Virus record (IMG/VR): IMGVR_UViG_2839242338_000001
Location: 32,083-96,082 of that record
Strand: one strand, 5' to 3'
Source of the DNA: a virus
Taxonomy: Duplodnaviria > Caudoviricetes
DNA: 64,000 bases
Positions 9,891-22,465 of this stretch are shown one piece after another (position 1 is the stretch's first letter; each line of letters starts with the position of its first letter). The notes below the pieces were generated by a model that did no database searches, was not told the DNA's origin, and was given only the letters and a program-made list of their open reading frames with translations. The position numbers and the translations under genes were made by a program.

Positions 9891-12800
9891 CTATTTTAGG
9901 TTGGACTTGTCAACTACTACATCAATCTGATTCCAGACATTGACAAATGATTGAACAGATACAGACAGATTCTTTTCCGAAATAACGCGCAGTAGCGTAC
10001 CCTGATAATCCTGCTCATAGCGGCCATTATTCAGAATTGCCTGAATGGTATGCAACTCGTTTTGAGTGGTATCCGTCAGCACTCCTAAATCCGTATGTGA
10101 ATTGGCCTGGAGTGTCTGAAGCTCCGTTTTTAAGATGGTTTGCAGGGTGGTAAAATTCTGCTTCGTGTCTGTGCGGAGTAACGCTTGCTGGGTAGCATTG
10201 CTCAGTTGCATAGCAGCCATATCTGTATGCACGGCTTTGGCTAAAGCCAGCAGACTCGCCATTACATGTTGGTCAAGCGTGGATAAATCGGCATGAACGC
10301 CCTCCTGAAGGGTTGTTAGATCATTATGCAACGTCATGCCGTGATTAGACAGGTCAATATGAATGCCATTTAGTAGGGCATCAAACCCTGCTTTCGATAC
10401 ATCCCGTAAGCCCGTAATATCTACGTTAAAGCTCTTGATTAATAGAAGCATATTCTGAGCAAACGTACTTCGCAGCAAGGCCAGCTCTTCACGCAAATCG
10501 CTACCCAGGTTGGGCAACTCTATTTTCATAGTTCCCTGCAAAGCAATCAGGTCAGTATGAAGTTCATTGCTGAGCGTGCTAAACATGGAGGCCAATCCGG
10601 TTTGTTGGGTGGTTGTGCTGTTCTGGATTTGCTGTTGGAGTAGTTTCAGTGTATCGGCCACCAACTTAATGGCATCAACAGTGGCCAGGGTATTTTTGCC
10701 AATCGCTTCCATTAGGGCCGTGCTCTTATCGACTTCGGCCTGGTAGTCGCTGGTATCCGGTGAATCGGCGGCTGAATTGGCATCATCCATCCAGCTACCA
10801 CCACCGCTTGACGCTGGGTCAGAAGATGAATCACTAACCGGCTCTGAGCCTGGCACTGGCTGGCTCGTTGCAGCACTACTACTGCCATTATATACGCTAC
10901 TGGAATGGTCCTCCTGTGTATAGCCCCATCCTGAAACATAATTCCGCCCTGAGCCATCACCGGCGCTCCGTTCCTATGCAAGCTGGAGTGTAAGAGACTA
11001 TCTACAACACCTTTATTATTTCGGTAGGTGTTTCGGCTCAGAACCATCACCGGCTCGCCACCTTCCATCTCGGCTACTTCTTCGCCCGTATCGCGCCGGG
11101 TAATGGATAAGCCCGATTCACCGTACCGGCTCCCGTGTCGAGGGCCTTCGGGAACGCCCGCGTTTTTAATGGTACCACCCCTGGCCATTGAGGGTGGTTG
11201 CTGGGCTTTTATGGCCGCAATCTGAACACCAGCCGCAATAGCCGCACCCGCTGCACCAATCAGACCAAATGGCCAACCGAACATCGCCAGTGATTTCAGC
11301 GCGGCCTGGATACCATTGATGATCGCCATGGCGATATCTAATTTTTGCTGCCGTTTAAACGCATCAAGCTGAGCTTGTTTGGTTTTAGTATCTGCCGTTT
11401 TATTGATTTGATCAACCCCCTTTTCATACTGATCTTTACTAATCAGTCCCTTGTCATATTTCTCCTTCCAGGCCGCGAGTTGGGTAGTTTTTTCCTTATT
11501 GATATTACCCAGCTCCTTATTTAAGGCGGCTGTATTTAGAGTTTGCAGGGCTTGTATGCCCATAACAGCATACCCACCAACGTTATCAATTTTATCGATG
11601 TTGGCTTTTTGGGAATCGGTCAGTTGCTTTTTCTCTCCAGCGAGTTTTTTAGCCAGCAGATCGCTGAATGTGCTAAAATCGCCCTGCATCAACCCCTTTA
11701 CCGCGCTAAAAAACTCTTCCTGGTTTTTCTTGCGAGCAGCGGTTTTTTCTTCACTCAGGGTGGTTTTATCGTTTTCGTACTTCAGATCATTGGCCGTGAG
11801 CTGAGCTTTTAACTTATCATCTGTAGCCTTATCCGCCTGCGCGCGCCGGTCTTTATCCTGAATCAACTCCTGATTCTTAGCTTTCTCTTCGTCGGCTTCG
11901 CGCTGGAGCTTTTGTTTATTGTATTGATACTCGGCATCGAGCCGGTCTTTTTTGGCTGCATAGATTTTATTGGCATTGTCCTGCGCCATTAGCAGGCGGG
12001 CATCTGTATCGGCCAGAGTAGCCTGATACTGGGCATCCTGGAGGGCTTTGGTTTCGGCCTGATTTTTACGACGATACTCCTGTTCAACCTTCTCTTTTCC
12101 CGCAACCAGGTTATCATTAATCTGTTTGAGCAGGACCGCTTTCTCGGTTTCATCCTTAATTTCTTTCTCAACTTCCGATCGGAGTTTGGCAGCAACATCG
12201 TCGAGTTTCTGAATCTTATCGGCTTTCTCATCACCCGCAATCTTGATCTTCAGATCGAGCGTGCGTTTGGCAGCATCGGCTTCGTCTTTCTCTTTTTTAG
12301 CCCGGGCTTTCTCTTCGGCATCGGCAATGTCCCGGACCATTTTGGCGTTCAGGGCTGTTTCCCAAATCGCTTTGGTCTCGGCACTGGCCTTGCTGGCCAT
12401 AGCTGCTTCTACTTCGGCATCCCGTTTGGCCCGAATCTTGGCAATCTCCCGAGCCAGGTCATCTTTAATGGAATCAATGCGAGCCGTTTCAATCTGTTTC
12501 AGACCTTCATTATTGGCCTTTACAGCTTCGTCGGCTTCTTTTTTGGCGGCTTCAGCTGCTTTCTTGGCTTCCGACTCACGGAGTTTTTGAGCCGCTAATT
12601 CCTTTTTAGAAAGTCCCTGAGCATGCTCATTAACCTCAGACCCAGCGGCATCTTTTGCGCCTGCCGTACTGATTCCGGTTAGTTTGTTGACATGGGCGGC
12701 ATGATCTGTTAGCTGACCCGATTGCCCTTTTTTGACTTCATCCTGATAGCCCTTATTGAACCCTTCCGCAATCTTTTTACCGCCATCTGAAATGATTTTA

Positions 12801-14545
12801 GCTGCTTCGGCAAAGTTGAGCGAGGTGATTGCCTGCCAGAACAAGACTAACTGGCCAGCGGCCACCTTCAAGGCGGAGAACAGACCGGCAATGCCCCCTC
12901 TTACGGTTGTGGAATGATTGTACAGGGTGATAAATCCAGCTACCAGAAGAGCAACCGCACCAACAACAAGCCCAATTGGGTTAGCAGTCAGAGCCGCATT
13001 GAGTAACCATTGGGCGCCAGTGGCGGAATTGGTCCAAATTTGCCGGGCTTTTTCAGCGGCTGCATGGGCAATGCTGGCAGCGGTAGCGGCAATGAGATGC
13101 CCATTAAAAGCCAGCATGGCCACACCCAGGGCAATAAACGATTCCTTATTCTCACTCAGGAATTCGGGTACTGCCCGGATGGTATTAATAAAGGCGACAA
13201 AACTCTGGAGAACTTTAACCAGCATGGGCTCCAAACCTGAACCCAATTCAGTTTTCAGTAACGACAGGGTTGCTGTTGCCTGTTTAGTCTGATAATCGAG
13301 GGTTTGTGTGTTTTTAGCCGCCTGGCTATAAGCTTCCTGAGTACCGGTGAGTTTAGTGGTTAACTCAGCAATTTCTTTGCGGTGCGATACGATGTGAGTG
13401 GCCGCTACTACGTTTTCAGCACCGAATAGCTTTGTCATTTCGGCCGTGCTCAGGTTTTGTTTACCTAAGTTGTCAAGTGCCTTGTCGAGTCCGACAATCT
13501 GGGGGTTTGTTTCATCGGCTCCGGCGGAGAGTTTCAAGAGCACATTTCGCAAACCGGTACCCGCCTGTTCGCCTTTGAGGGCAATGGTGGACATCGACTG
13601 GAGGACCGCGTTAGTCTGCTCAAAACTTAGCTTTGAGGAAGCGGCAACGGTACCGGATGCTTTCAGAGAGGATGTCATCTCACTGATTTCAGCCGCACCC
13701 TCTTTGGCTCCAGCGGCCATGACATTGACGAACCGGTTGGCCTGATCGGCACCCTTTCCAAATTGATTAAGCGATTCGGCTACTGCTTTAGCCGCGGGCT
13801 CCAGTTCCATCTGGCTAGCCTGGCTCAGGATGATTGCTTCCTTAGTAATCTCGGCCAGGGCTTCTTTCTGGGCCAGCAATTCGGGCTTGGCCGAACCCAT
13901 GATCTGGTAGGCTTTCAGCATTTCAGCAGCGGTCATGCCGAAAGCGGGCCCCGTATCTTTTGCCTGCTGTTTTAGGTAGTCGAGATCTTTGCCAACCAGA
14001 CCTGTAATAGCCGACAATTGCTGAGCAGCCGTCTGGTATTCCCGGAATTCTTTGATGCTATCAGCTACCCAGTTGATGACAGCCTTGCCAAACTCGATAA
14101 CGGCTGTAATAGTGAAGGCTGCCGTTATCCAGTCCTTCATCTTAGACCAGGTCGATTGGGATTTATCTACTTCATCGCTAACTGCCCGAATGTTGGCTCG
14201 ATGGTTGGCAATAGCGGTATTTACCTCTTGAAGGTCAGCAGCTTTTTTCTGGTAGGCTTCGGTACCAGGTGTGAGTTTCTGAATTTCACTATTCAGCTGG
14301 CGATAGTAGCCCTGCAACTGCTGGACGGTCATCCCCGACACGCCCATCTCTTCCCGCACAGCCTTAATGCTGGCTTCGAGTTCTTTTATAGCGGTCTTAT
14401 TATCGACCCATTCCTGAGTGCCGCGCTCAACTGTCTTCTGGGCTTCCTTGACGTCGCTTAGCTTTTTTTCGAGTTCCCCCAGCTCATTGATGACGGGTTT
14501 ACCATCAAATTTGAGCGTAAAAATGGCTTCTTCCTTGAGTTGCAT
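9891..14545 (-). CDS. Tail tape measure protein, ~1550 aa (ORFs 10712..14545 + 9891..10856, frameshift in a C run near 10924)
   Basis: TP901-type core (LSAITG...KGEQAGTGLRNV), ANPIGLVV TM segment, long coiled coil, MARGG/EMEGGE C-terminal motifs. Confidence 0.9.
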
Positions 14546-14569
14546 AGTGCTGCTGGTAATTACCAGCAG

Positions 14570-14604
14570 CGAAGGAATAGCCTGTATTGAGGAGTAGGTA
14601 GGAC
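14570..14604 (-). promoter_or_regulatory. Putative late promoter GTCCTAC-N20-TTCCTTCG before the tape measure gene
   Basis: gtaggac at 14598-14604; one of six copies. Confidence 0.6.
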
Positions 14605-14816
14605 AAGAAAAGTATCAATATGACAGAATTGATGAAAGTATGATTCTATCATGTATTAGTGTAAATGTCTTGATATTGTATAAAAATGTCTCTAGTATAT
14701 GTATATGTCATAGGTAAAATCAGTGGTATATAATATGGGTTTTTTCCCGTATTATATACCGGATAGTTTTTTTTATTTGCAATAGATATTGATAATTATA
14801 TAAGTCACTTATTCAC

Positions 14817-16120
14817 ATGGATTTAGAATTAAAAAATTTAGGACAAACTCTTGCTATTGGTGCTTTTTTTTAATTAGCATTCGCTCATATTTTTATAATT
14901 TCGAGACTTTTTTTTCAATAAAGCTTGGAACATTAACATTCCTGGAGCGTATGAATAGGTACTCTGCAAGAGTTTTCTTGGTTTCTCCTGGTTCAGAGCC
15001 TGGAAAATTCTTAATAGGTGCTGCTTATTTTGCTATTGTACTTTCGATTGGCATGTTACTGGAAGATTATTCGAAAAATGTTGTTTCAAAACGACTAGAA
15101 AAAACAGTTCAGTTTATTTTAGAAAAAATACCAATAATTCCTGATTTTAACGAAATACTTCCTGCTGATGATGATATTAGGATAAATAATTTTCTGAAAA
15201 TAAAGCGTGAAGGTGATGGCCTTTCCAGCTTCATCGAAAATATAAATTTAGATAAATCAAATTTCTATAATTCTTTTATACTGGGAAATATATTTGGCAA
15301 AAAATGGGAAAAATATAAACTTCAGCCTACAATTGAAAAAACCATAGTTGTTATTTCGACAATACAAAAAAATAAAAATAGCATGAACTACAAAAAAGCA
15401 AAAGATTATTTTGAGCATAATAGAACAGATAGCGCGTATTATTTTAATCAATATGATAGTTTGAAAAATGTGGTAAATACAATCTACTATGGAGCAAAAA
15501 ATTATGTGTTTCAAACAGATAATTACTTTCAAGAATTAAGTTCGATATCTATTAGGATGAATTTTTCAAGAGCAGTTACTTTTCAATTTTATATGATGTT
15601 TGTGTTAAGTTATATAACTTGGATGATTCAACTTTTTGCTTTTGGTATTAAATATGCGTACAATTCATTTTATTTAAAATCAGCCATAAGTTATGATTAT
15701 CTAGGGAAAGCAATTTTAAAATCTATAGTCTTAATAGTCATTTTTTATGCAATAATGGCTTTAAGTACTAAGGCATACGTTTCAGAACAGACTAATTTTT
15801 TATTGAGGACGTATGGCTATTATATTACATTGACATCTGATAATCATCAATCTGAATCTACAATAGATACAAAATCGACTAAATTTGTGCAGCCTGATAG
15901 CTTAAATAAGGATAAAGAAAAATCTAATATTTTAAAACCTAAAGATTTAAATAACGATAAAGAAAACCATAAGAATTCAAGATTTAAAGATTCAAATAAG
16001 AATGATCAATCCCATAAATCTACTCAAACTAAACATTCAGATAAAACTGACAAATCTAATGGCAGTCGCATTAAAAATACCAATCGTGTAAAATCTGATA
16101 AGTCTAATAAGCACTCTTAA
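14817..16120 (+). CDS. AT-rich membrane protein (moron); probable start 14817 with a frameshift in a T run near 14910
   Basis: Several TM segments, Lys/Asn-rich tail, very low GC. Confidence 0.6.
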
Positions 16121-16667
16121 AATACTCCTTCATTCCCCTCAAAATAGGCTCAGGCATTGACTCTAGTAGCTTATAACTGGTTTCATAAATCAACTTGCCC
16201 CGAACGGGATTATAAAACGCATTCTTCGCACTCCCTCGCCTGGCTCCCAGGCGTAGCCGATTAACAGCAATGCCCCAGGCAATCCGGTTGACCGCTCGGC
16301 TGTCGGTAATTGTGACTCTTCGCTTGGCATCTTTTATATAGCCAGGTATGTAGCCAAACTTATCCAGACCTACTTCCCGTACAAACTGTTCCAGTATGTC
16401 AATGGGTGGCATTTTGTTATACAACAGTTGTCGCATATCCTTAAAACGGCCATACCCCGCAAAGCCAATGCTAAACTCGGCATACATGTCCCGACCCACA
16501 ACGACGGCCTGGTGGCGGAGCGAGTCGAGCAGTTCACCGGTCAATACATAATCTGCCTGACGCAGTTTGGCCTGCATCACCAGTAGGGCTTCCGCAACGA
16601 CACCACCCACCACATCGGTAGCGATCCGTTCAAATTGTTCCTGAGTTAGTTGAACACTGTTCGCCAT
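16104..16667 (-). CDS. Neck/tail-completion protein (HK97 gp10-like)
   Basis: TGELLDSL and YGRFKDM motifs; position in the tail operon. Confidence 0.6.
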   Translation of the reverse strand: MANSVQLTQEQFERIATDVVGGVVAEALLVMQAKLRQADYVLTGELLDSLRHQAVVVGRDMYAEFSIGFAGYGRFKDMRQLLYNKMPPIDILEQFVREVGLDKFGYIPGYIKDAKRRVTITDSRAVNRIAWGIAVNRLRLGARRGSAKNAFYNPVRGKLIYETSYKLLESMPEPILRGMKEYFKSAY

Positions 16668-18350
16668 TATAGATCGGTGAGTTGAACGTAAATCTTATCT
16701 CCACTCACGAGCGTTATATAACCCGTCGAGCCATCGGCTAGTAAGGTAAAAAGGGCATGATACTGGTAGCCATCTTGGTTATAGACCGTGATGTTCTCAC
16801 GAAAGAGAACTCCATTTTTATAGACACGTAAGCGAGCTGACGCACCCGGTGTACCATAAGTGAATATACGCCACTGATACCCACTAAAACTCGTGGTCGG
16901 GAAATCCAGATCATTGCTGCCGGTGGCATAAATGAAACTACCACCACGGCCTTGCATCGTCCAGGCATTACCCATATAAGGCGCATCGGCTGTTTCAATG
17001 CTAATACGCGCGGGTACATTGCTCCGATAGTGCCACCGGTCAGCGGGTACGGCATAACTATAACCAGCCGGATTCGCCAGGCAGGAACCATACTGGTTCG
17101 CATATGCCTGGGTGTCCATCACAAGAAGTGCATGATCGATCAGGCTTTGAAGCTGATCGGCGGTTTCGCCACCGAAGGTACCGGCAGGGATGCTGAGCGT
17201 GGCCACCGTGGGTTCCATGCCATCCCCACAGTTGTTGCGTTTATAGGTACTGGGCTTTTCGATGAGTGTATTCACAAACGGCGTTGTGGCACAGGCTCCT
17301 GATAAGGTAGGTGCCGTGTAGCCTTCGGTACCTGGAGCATTTGCTTTACTACGACGTGGTTTGACTAAACTCGAATCATCCTGATAGCGTAGCTCCAGCG
17401 TGGCCGCTCCCAGATAGCCGGTACGCAGGCCATTCTCATTAATCAGACAAAACGTATTAGCGGGTACCCACATGGTGGGCCGGGCCGCTGCCGTGGGTGC
17501 GGTTGGCAAGGCACTGTAGCCGATTTCGTTTTTGGCAAACTGAAATGAGAAGGTTCGCCCGGCCAGGTCTTCATCGTCGGTGCGTAAGGCCAATGCTGTT
17601 TCGCTGGGAACCAATGCGACAAAGCCTTCCTGACAGACTAGGTAGATTTCTTCACTAATGGCCAGCTCCGTCAGGTAATCCAATGCGTCGCCATCCAGTA
17701 GTCCGGTGTTCACGGTCAATACCTTCTCACCCCGTCGATCTCGGCTAAACAACTCTGCGGATGTGGGTAGGTAGTCAGGAGCCAGCGCCCGTTGGGCAGC
17801 CGTACCCTTAACCGTTATGGCTCGACCTGTTTGGCCCGTACACCGTAGCGTATCGTAGCCCCCCAGCGAATTGGCAAACAGCAAAAACAGGGTATTCGGC
17901 TCATATTCCCGATTTACATTGTACGTTCGGACTTCGCTGAGCCGTTGAGCCGATTCGTTGCTTAGCCAAACTTGGTATGACAAAACTTGCTTACCCGTTG
18001 CCGTTTCGCGCGCAGGTAGACCGAGGGCTGTAAAGCCAACCGGGATGCTATACACCGAGTACTGCGATACGGCCGTAATTTTTTGCGGGGTCAAGGTCTC
18101 CACTGTCCCATCAGAATAGGCCAAATCAACGCGTAACCACAGTTCAGAGGGCTTTGGGGCGAAATTGACCAGGTAGTATAAAAATTCTGGCTGTGCGGTT
18201 TCGACCCATTTTTCAGTTGGTTGCCAGGTCAAAAACTGCCGGGAATCAGCTAAATACTTCGTAAAGAAGTGATCCCGCCAACCCGCAAATTCATCGACCG
18301 CTAAGGCTCCCTTCAGGGCGTATTCGAGGGGTAGCGTTTTGTTGGTACTA

Positions 18351-19539
18351 GTGTTTTAACTCTCAATCGTTGACGGGTAAAGCCGTTTTAGTTTAATTCG
18401 GGCATCCTCCGCTGTAAACTGCCAGTCTACTTTGGCCAATTTATCATTTCGTTGGCTTACCCAAGCCTGTACTTGCTGATCGAACTCGGCCTGGCTGGCT
18501 ACCCGATGCGTTAAGCCTTGGCGGGTTAGGATGCTTAATTCAATTTCAGCTACGTTCAGCCAGGAGCCATGCTTAGGTGTATAGACAAAGTCAATCTTTT
18601 GCAGGATAGTGCGCGCCCGTTTTGGCTCAAATACCTCATACAAGGCTGCTTTTCGGTGAGCCGATAAGTTGTCCTGTACCAAGGTGATCCGGTCCGCATC
18701 CGTATACCATTCTTCCACAATACGGCCCACTACCTTCGCCCATTCGATGCTGTTATGACTCTGGGTGACCACCACCTGCCGCTGCCCAGCCAAGGGCTGA
18801 GCGACCATAAAGATCTCCACGACACCCTCTCGTTTGTACTCATAATCAACATGGTCAACGCCGTTTTTATCTGTGAAACCCAGATGGGTCTCGCTAACTA
18901 ATTGCCGACGGGCTTCGTCCAGGCATACAATTGGCCGTTTCTGGTCAAATGGACGCTGGTATACATCCAGTACCTCTTCCATCTGGCAGACAAATTCGGC
19001 AGAGGCTTCGGGGATTACCCACGACTTGACCCGCCAGGGCTTAAGCTTGTTTTTTTCAGCATCTTGCGCACCGTCTCTCGACCAATTGTTTCGACATAGT
19101 TCAATTCGATCATTTTCTGGGCTAATAAACGTACTGTCCAGTGTGCATATCCAGCCGGTGGATTACTACACCGTAGCGCAATCAGATGAGCCTCTACTCC
19201 GCCATCAAAAACGACATCTTTATACTTTTCGCGCTTTTTACCATTGAGGGCAAACTCGAAACCATCTTCTACAAAGCGCTCCCGTAGGCGTTCAATGCTA
19301 CGAATACTAACCTGATAGGTGCTTTTAATGTGTTGATCTTTCAGCCAGTCAGGTTGGTTCTCATCGGCAGCCAACAAGACATAAGCTCGTTTAACGGCCT
19401 GACTCTTGGCATTGCGTTTGGCAATGATAGCCTGTAAGTGCTGGCGTTCTTGATCGGTCAAGGTGACATGGTACTTTTTCATAGAGGGCGTACAAGGTTT
19501 ACCTCAAAAATACCCGTCAGACACAAAAAGTCAAAACAC
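18351..19539 (-). mobile_element. IS630-family insertion sequence
   Basis: TIRs gtgttttaact / agtcaaaacac, TA duplication (18349-50, 19540-41) within CTAG, transposase in two ORFs. Confidence 0.92.
18356..19482 (-). CDS. IS630 transposase (HTH ORF 19015..19482 + DDE ORF, joined by a probable programmed frameshift at an A7 run near 19050)
   Basis: VCLDE, QDNLSAH, YTPKHGSWLNVAEIE. Confidence 0.92.
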
Positions 19540-19917
19540 TAGGTACTAAAACACCGGCATTTTCAACCCAAACCTGAACCAGATAGGGCGTAATCTGGTC
19601 GCTACAGCTCACGATTTTGGCTTGGTCAGGCCTAGGGGCATTCCGAAACAGAAAATCATCGAGGAATACCGACACATCGAATTGCGCTCCGGGGTAGATA
19701 TCCGCCCCTAATTCGGTGCGTTTGGGCAGTTCCCGGCCTGGCAGGGTAATCAATTCAGTATACTCGCCAGAGCCGGGCGACTTCGGCTTTTTCAAACACA
19801 GGTAATAAATCAGATCGGCCCGCGCGGTGATGCTATCCGAAACCGCATCGATGGTGTAAGCCACGGCATTGCGCGATAAACGCAGGGATAAAAACGAAAG
19901 TAGTGTTAGTGCGTCCA

Positions 19918-20409
19918 TTAGGCAGGAAAGAGTAAATGAGTAGCGGGTACGGTCACGTCCAGATCAACGTAATGGCCTTCCAGGTTCACGTTGGCCAGCA
20001 TGCCAATGGGAAAAATGCGGTCTACCGGCTCAATAACCAGATCATACATATCGCTCTGGTCTTCGACAGACTGAATGGCAGCATCAGCAGCCAGATCAAG
20101 GCGACCTAACAGGTCCATGATGAGCTTTAGCGTCAGGTTTCTGGCTTCGAGACCAGCGCGCGCACTCACATTGGCGGGTTTGGTCGCAATGGTGAGCGAA
20201 CATTGAAACGTGATCAGGTCGTTTTTTCGCATCGCTTCGGCCACCTGCAGGAAAGCGGTGGTACCCTGATAGTCGTTGGTATAATACCCTGATATTTCAT
20301 CGACGGCTTTTTCGCCATTACTAAGGGGTAGATAATAGTCAATGCCTGGCATGGCTTCGACCACCGAACGGATGAAATCATCCAGGCTCAACAGATCAGT
20401 AATTTTCAT
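19918..20409 (-). CDS. Putative tail terminator/completion protein (probable start MKITDLL)
   Basis: Position and coupled start/stop overlap. Confidence 0.5.
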   Translation of the reverse strand: MKITDLLSLDDFIRSVVEAMPGIDYYLPLSNGEKAVDEISGYYTNDYQGTTAFLQVAEAMRKNDLITFQCSLTIATKPANVSARAGLEARNLTLKLIMDLLGRLDLAADAAIQSVEDQSDMYDLVIEPVDRIFPIGMLANVNLEGHYVDLDVTVPATHLLFPA

Positions 20410-21247
20410 TCGGGGTAGGGGTTTTATCGGTGCGCTCCTGCTGGTCCAGCAGATCATCGAGTAGGGTGGCAAACAATAAGTGAGCAGGAGTTTTGCAGAC
20501 TTTATCAAAATCCCCGAAATGGCCTTCTTTGGCTACATTTTTCAATAGCATGATCCAGCCACGGCCATCGCCATAACGCGGTTCCCGGCTCCCTCCAAAC
20601 AATTCGCCATACTGTTCCAGAAACTCATGATTCGTTCGTTCGAAGTAATCCAGGATAATTAGCTTGGTTTGGATATCCAGCGTGGCCAGGGCTTTAGCCC
20701 GCTCAGCCATGCGCTGCTCGTTGAATTCTTCGCGCACGTCACCATTCCAGTCGAGCGATTTTTGGAACTTCCGCCAGTCGGTGCGACGTGGACGGCACAG
20801 GATGGCAATCAGCCGGTCGAGTGCTTCCGGCGTGGGTTCGTCGGGGTGGGCGAATTCAACAAAGGCCATATTCGCAAAAGCGATATCGACGGCGGTCGAG
20901 TCTGTGAAATTTGCTGCCGGCAGATGGTAATTTACGCCCTGGTGTACGAACGTATCAAGGGGTGGTTTGCCTTCGGGTTTACTGGTAAACAGCCAGGCAC
21001 ATTGCTGGCGAAGTTGGCCCCACTGCCAGGGGGTTAATACTAGATTTTTCCACACTTTGGGGCTCATACCCAGCCACACCCGGCAGGCCGCGGCTTCGTT
21101 TTCGATGGTTTCAAATGACCCCGCTCCGGCGCTCCGGTTTGATTCCAACCGTGGGCACATGATCAACTGCTTATACTGTTCAGGGGTTAGCTCTGCCCAG
21201 GATTCAGCGACCTGGTAGGTTTTTGTGCCAAATTCAATTGTTTTCAT
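20396..21247 (-). CDS. Putative tail assembly chaperone-like phage protein
   Basis: AESWAELT, LIAILCRP, GDVREEFN and FGDFDKV motifs seen in Bacteroidota prophages. Confidence 0.55.
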   Translation of the reverse strand: MKTIEFGTKTYQVAESWAELTPEQYKQLIMCPRLESNRSAGAGSFETIENEAAACRVWLGMSPKVWKNLVLTPWQWGQLRQQCAWLFTSKPEGKPPLDTFVHQGVNYHLPAANFTDSTAVDIAFANMAFVEFAHPDEPTPEALDRLIAILCRPRRTDWRKFQKSLDWNGDVREEFNEQRMAERAKALATLDIQTKLIILDYFERTNHEFLEQYGELFGGSREPRYGDGRGWIMLLKNVAKEGHFGDFDKVCKTPAHLLFATLLDDLLDQQERTDKTPTPNENY

Positions 21248-21452
21248 TGTTACGGCTCTCTCCTGAGCGGGTTTTGTCCAGTCCTAATTCTTTCCGCATT
21301 TCATCCCGGTTTTCAAGCCTATGCACCCGACGATCGACGTCGTCAATCTTCTCCAGCTTTTTTTGGATATACTGCCAGAAAAAAGCGACCAGGCCGAACG
21401 AAACAGCCTGGCCACCCAGTGTAGTAATAATGTTTGTGAGCGTCTGCGACAT
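21234..21452 (-). CDS. Small single-TM protein (holin/antiholin candidate)
   Basis: N-terminal TM, charged C-terminus, in the lysis cluster. Confidence 0.5.
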   Translation of the reverse strand: MSQTLTNIITTLGGQAVSFGLVAFFWQYIQKKLEKIDDVDRRVHRLENRDEMRKELGLDKTRSGESRNNENN

Positions 21453-22465
21453 TAGGCCAATGCTTTGAGCGTTTGTATGGCCAAAGCTAATTTGCCCTGG
21501 TAGGTGGGGTTAGGACAAAACCGGCGATAGATATGCCGCAAATAATCGGATCGTGTGACCAGGCTGTATTTAGCAATGACCTGTTGTTCGTAAGCCCTAT
21601 AATCCGCCATTGATGCGGATTCACTTTTGTACCTACAGTAACCCGATCTGGACAGACTCGAATAGTAACCCCGTCCGTTTTTCTTCATCCCAAACAAGTT
21701 ATGACCCGGTGAAGCTATCCACCAATAACCCGTTTCAACGGCTGAAATGGCAAACGCAATGTCGGGATAGGTGTAGCCCTGATCCTGAATTAGAAGCCAA
21801 TACCCCTGAACTTTAGTACCAGGTACGTGGCCAGTCCGATTCGCCAGCCCCAGTTTTCCAATTTGGCTGCGCGCTTTTGCTTCCGGTAAAGGTCGGCCTG
21901 GGCCTGCGCCGTTAACGATTCGTTGGATTTGCCCTGTTGCCGGTTGTTGAGCTGGGTAATCGTTTTGTTCTGGGCAGCAATGGCCCGGCTCTGCTCGGAA
22001 AGCAAACTGTCCTTTGCTTTCACCACGTCGAGCAGCATCAGCAGATCGGCTTTGTCCTTCAGCACCTGACGAGCGCCTGCTTCGGTTAGTCGAATCGGTT
22101 TGGGGTCGATTGCCAGAACCGGCCCCACTCGTTTGCTGCTGTCGCCCAAAGCGATTATTATACAGGCGGTCGATTTCAGACTGGAGAGCAGGGCCAGACA
22201 GAGAATCAATATGCCGGTGACGTGCCTGGCGTTTTTTATCCAACGCGCGCAGGCGGGACTCATGAGCTTGTTGCTGTTCATATAAGCGAAGATTGAGTTT
22301 ACCCTGGCCTTCCAGGAACTTGTAATAGGTGGTCGAATCCAGGCTCCAGCCCTGAGGGGGATGGCTTTGCTTCCAGATCAGCAGGCCACCCAGTAGTCCG
22401 ATCAGGATCTGAGCGACAATGGCCACACCGAAGAGCCAGACAGGTAAGGTTAGATTTTGCTTCAT
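21452..22465 (-). CDS. N-terminal TM + coiled coil fused to a C-terminal GH73 glucosaminidase-like domain
   Basis: ISAVETG, HNLFGMK, YKSESASMADY and FCPNPTY motifs. Confidence 0.7.
   Translation of the reverse strand: MKQNLTLPVWLFGVAIVAQILIGLLGGLLIWKQSHPPQGWSLDSTTYYKFLEGQGKLNLRLYEQQQAHESRLRALDKKRQARHRHIDSLSGPALQSEIDRLYNNRFGRQQQTSGAGSGNRPQTDSTNRSRRSSGAEGQSRSADAARRGESKGQFAFRAEPGHCCPEQNDYPAQQPATGQIQRIVNGAGPGRPLPEAKARSQIGKLGLANRTGHVPGTKVQGYWLLIQDQGYTYPDIAFAISAVETGYWWIASPGHNLFGMKKNGRGYYSSLSRSGYCRYKSESASMADYRAYEQQVIAKYSLVTRSDYLRHIYRRFCPNPTYQGKLALAIQTLKALA
21790..22281 (-). CDS. Nested spanin-like protein (signal-like segment, coiled coil, C-terminal hydrophobic tail)
   Basis: Lies entirely inside 21452..22465 in another frame; KAKDSLL..QNKTI coiled coil. 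Confidence 0.6.
   Translation of the reverse strand: MNSNKLMSPACARWIKNARHVTGILILCLALLSSLKSTACIIIALGDSSKRVGPVLAIDPKPIRLTEAGARQVLKDKADLLMLLDVVKAKDSLLSEQSRAIAAQNKTITQLNNRQQGKSNESLTAQAQADLYRKQKRAAKLENWGWRIGLATYLVLKFRGIGF

Larger units (their letters stand above)
16667..19918 (-). pseudogene. Tail structural protein with DUF5977-like domain, split by IS630
   Basis: Removing the IS and one TA restores ...VLVPS|TNKTLPLEYALKG...FLTWQP; NSLGGYDTL motif; YKRNNC...QAYANQYGSC. Confidence 0.8.

Noticed and set aside
10712-10930. Programmed frameshift producing two tape measure isoforms
   Set aside because: The break sits in a 4-nt G/C run like the many other apparent indel errors; no slippery heptamer was seen
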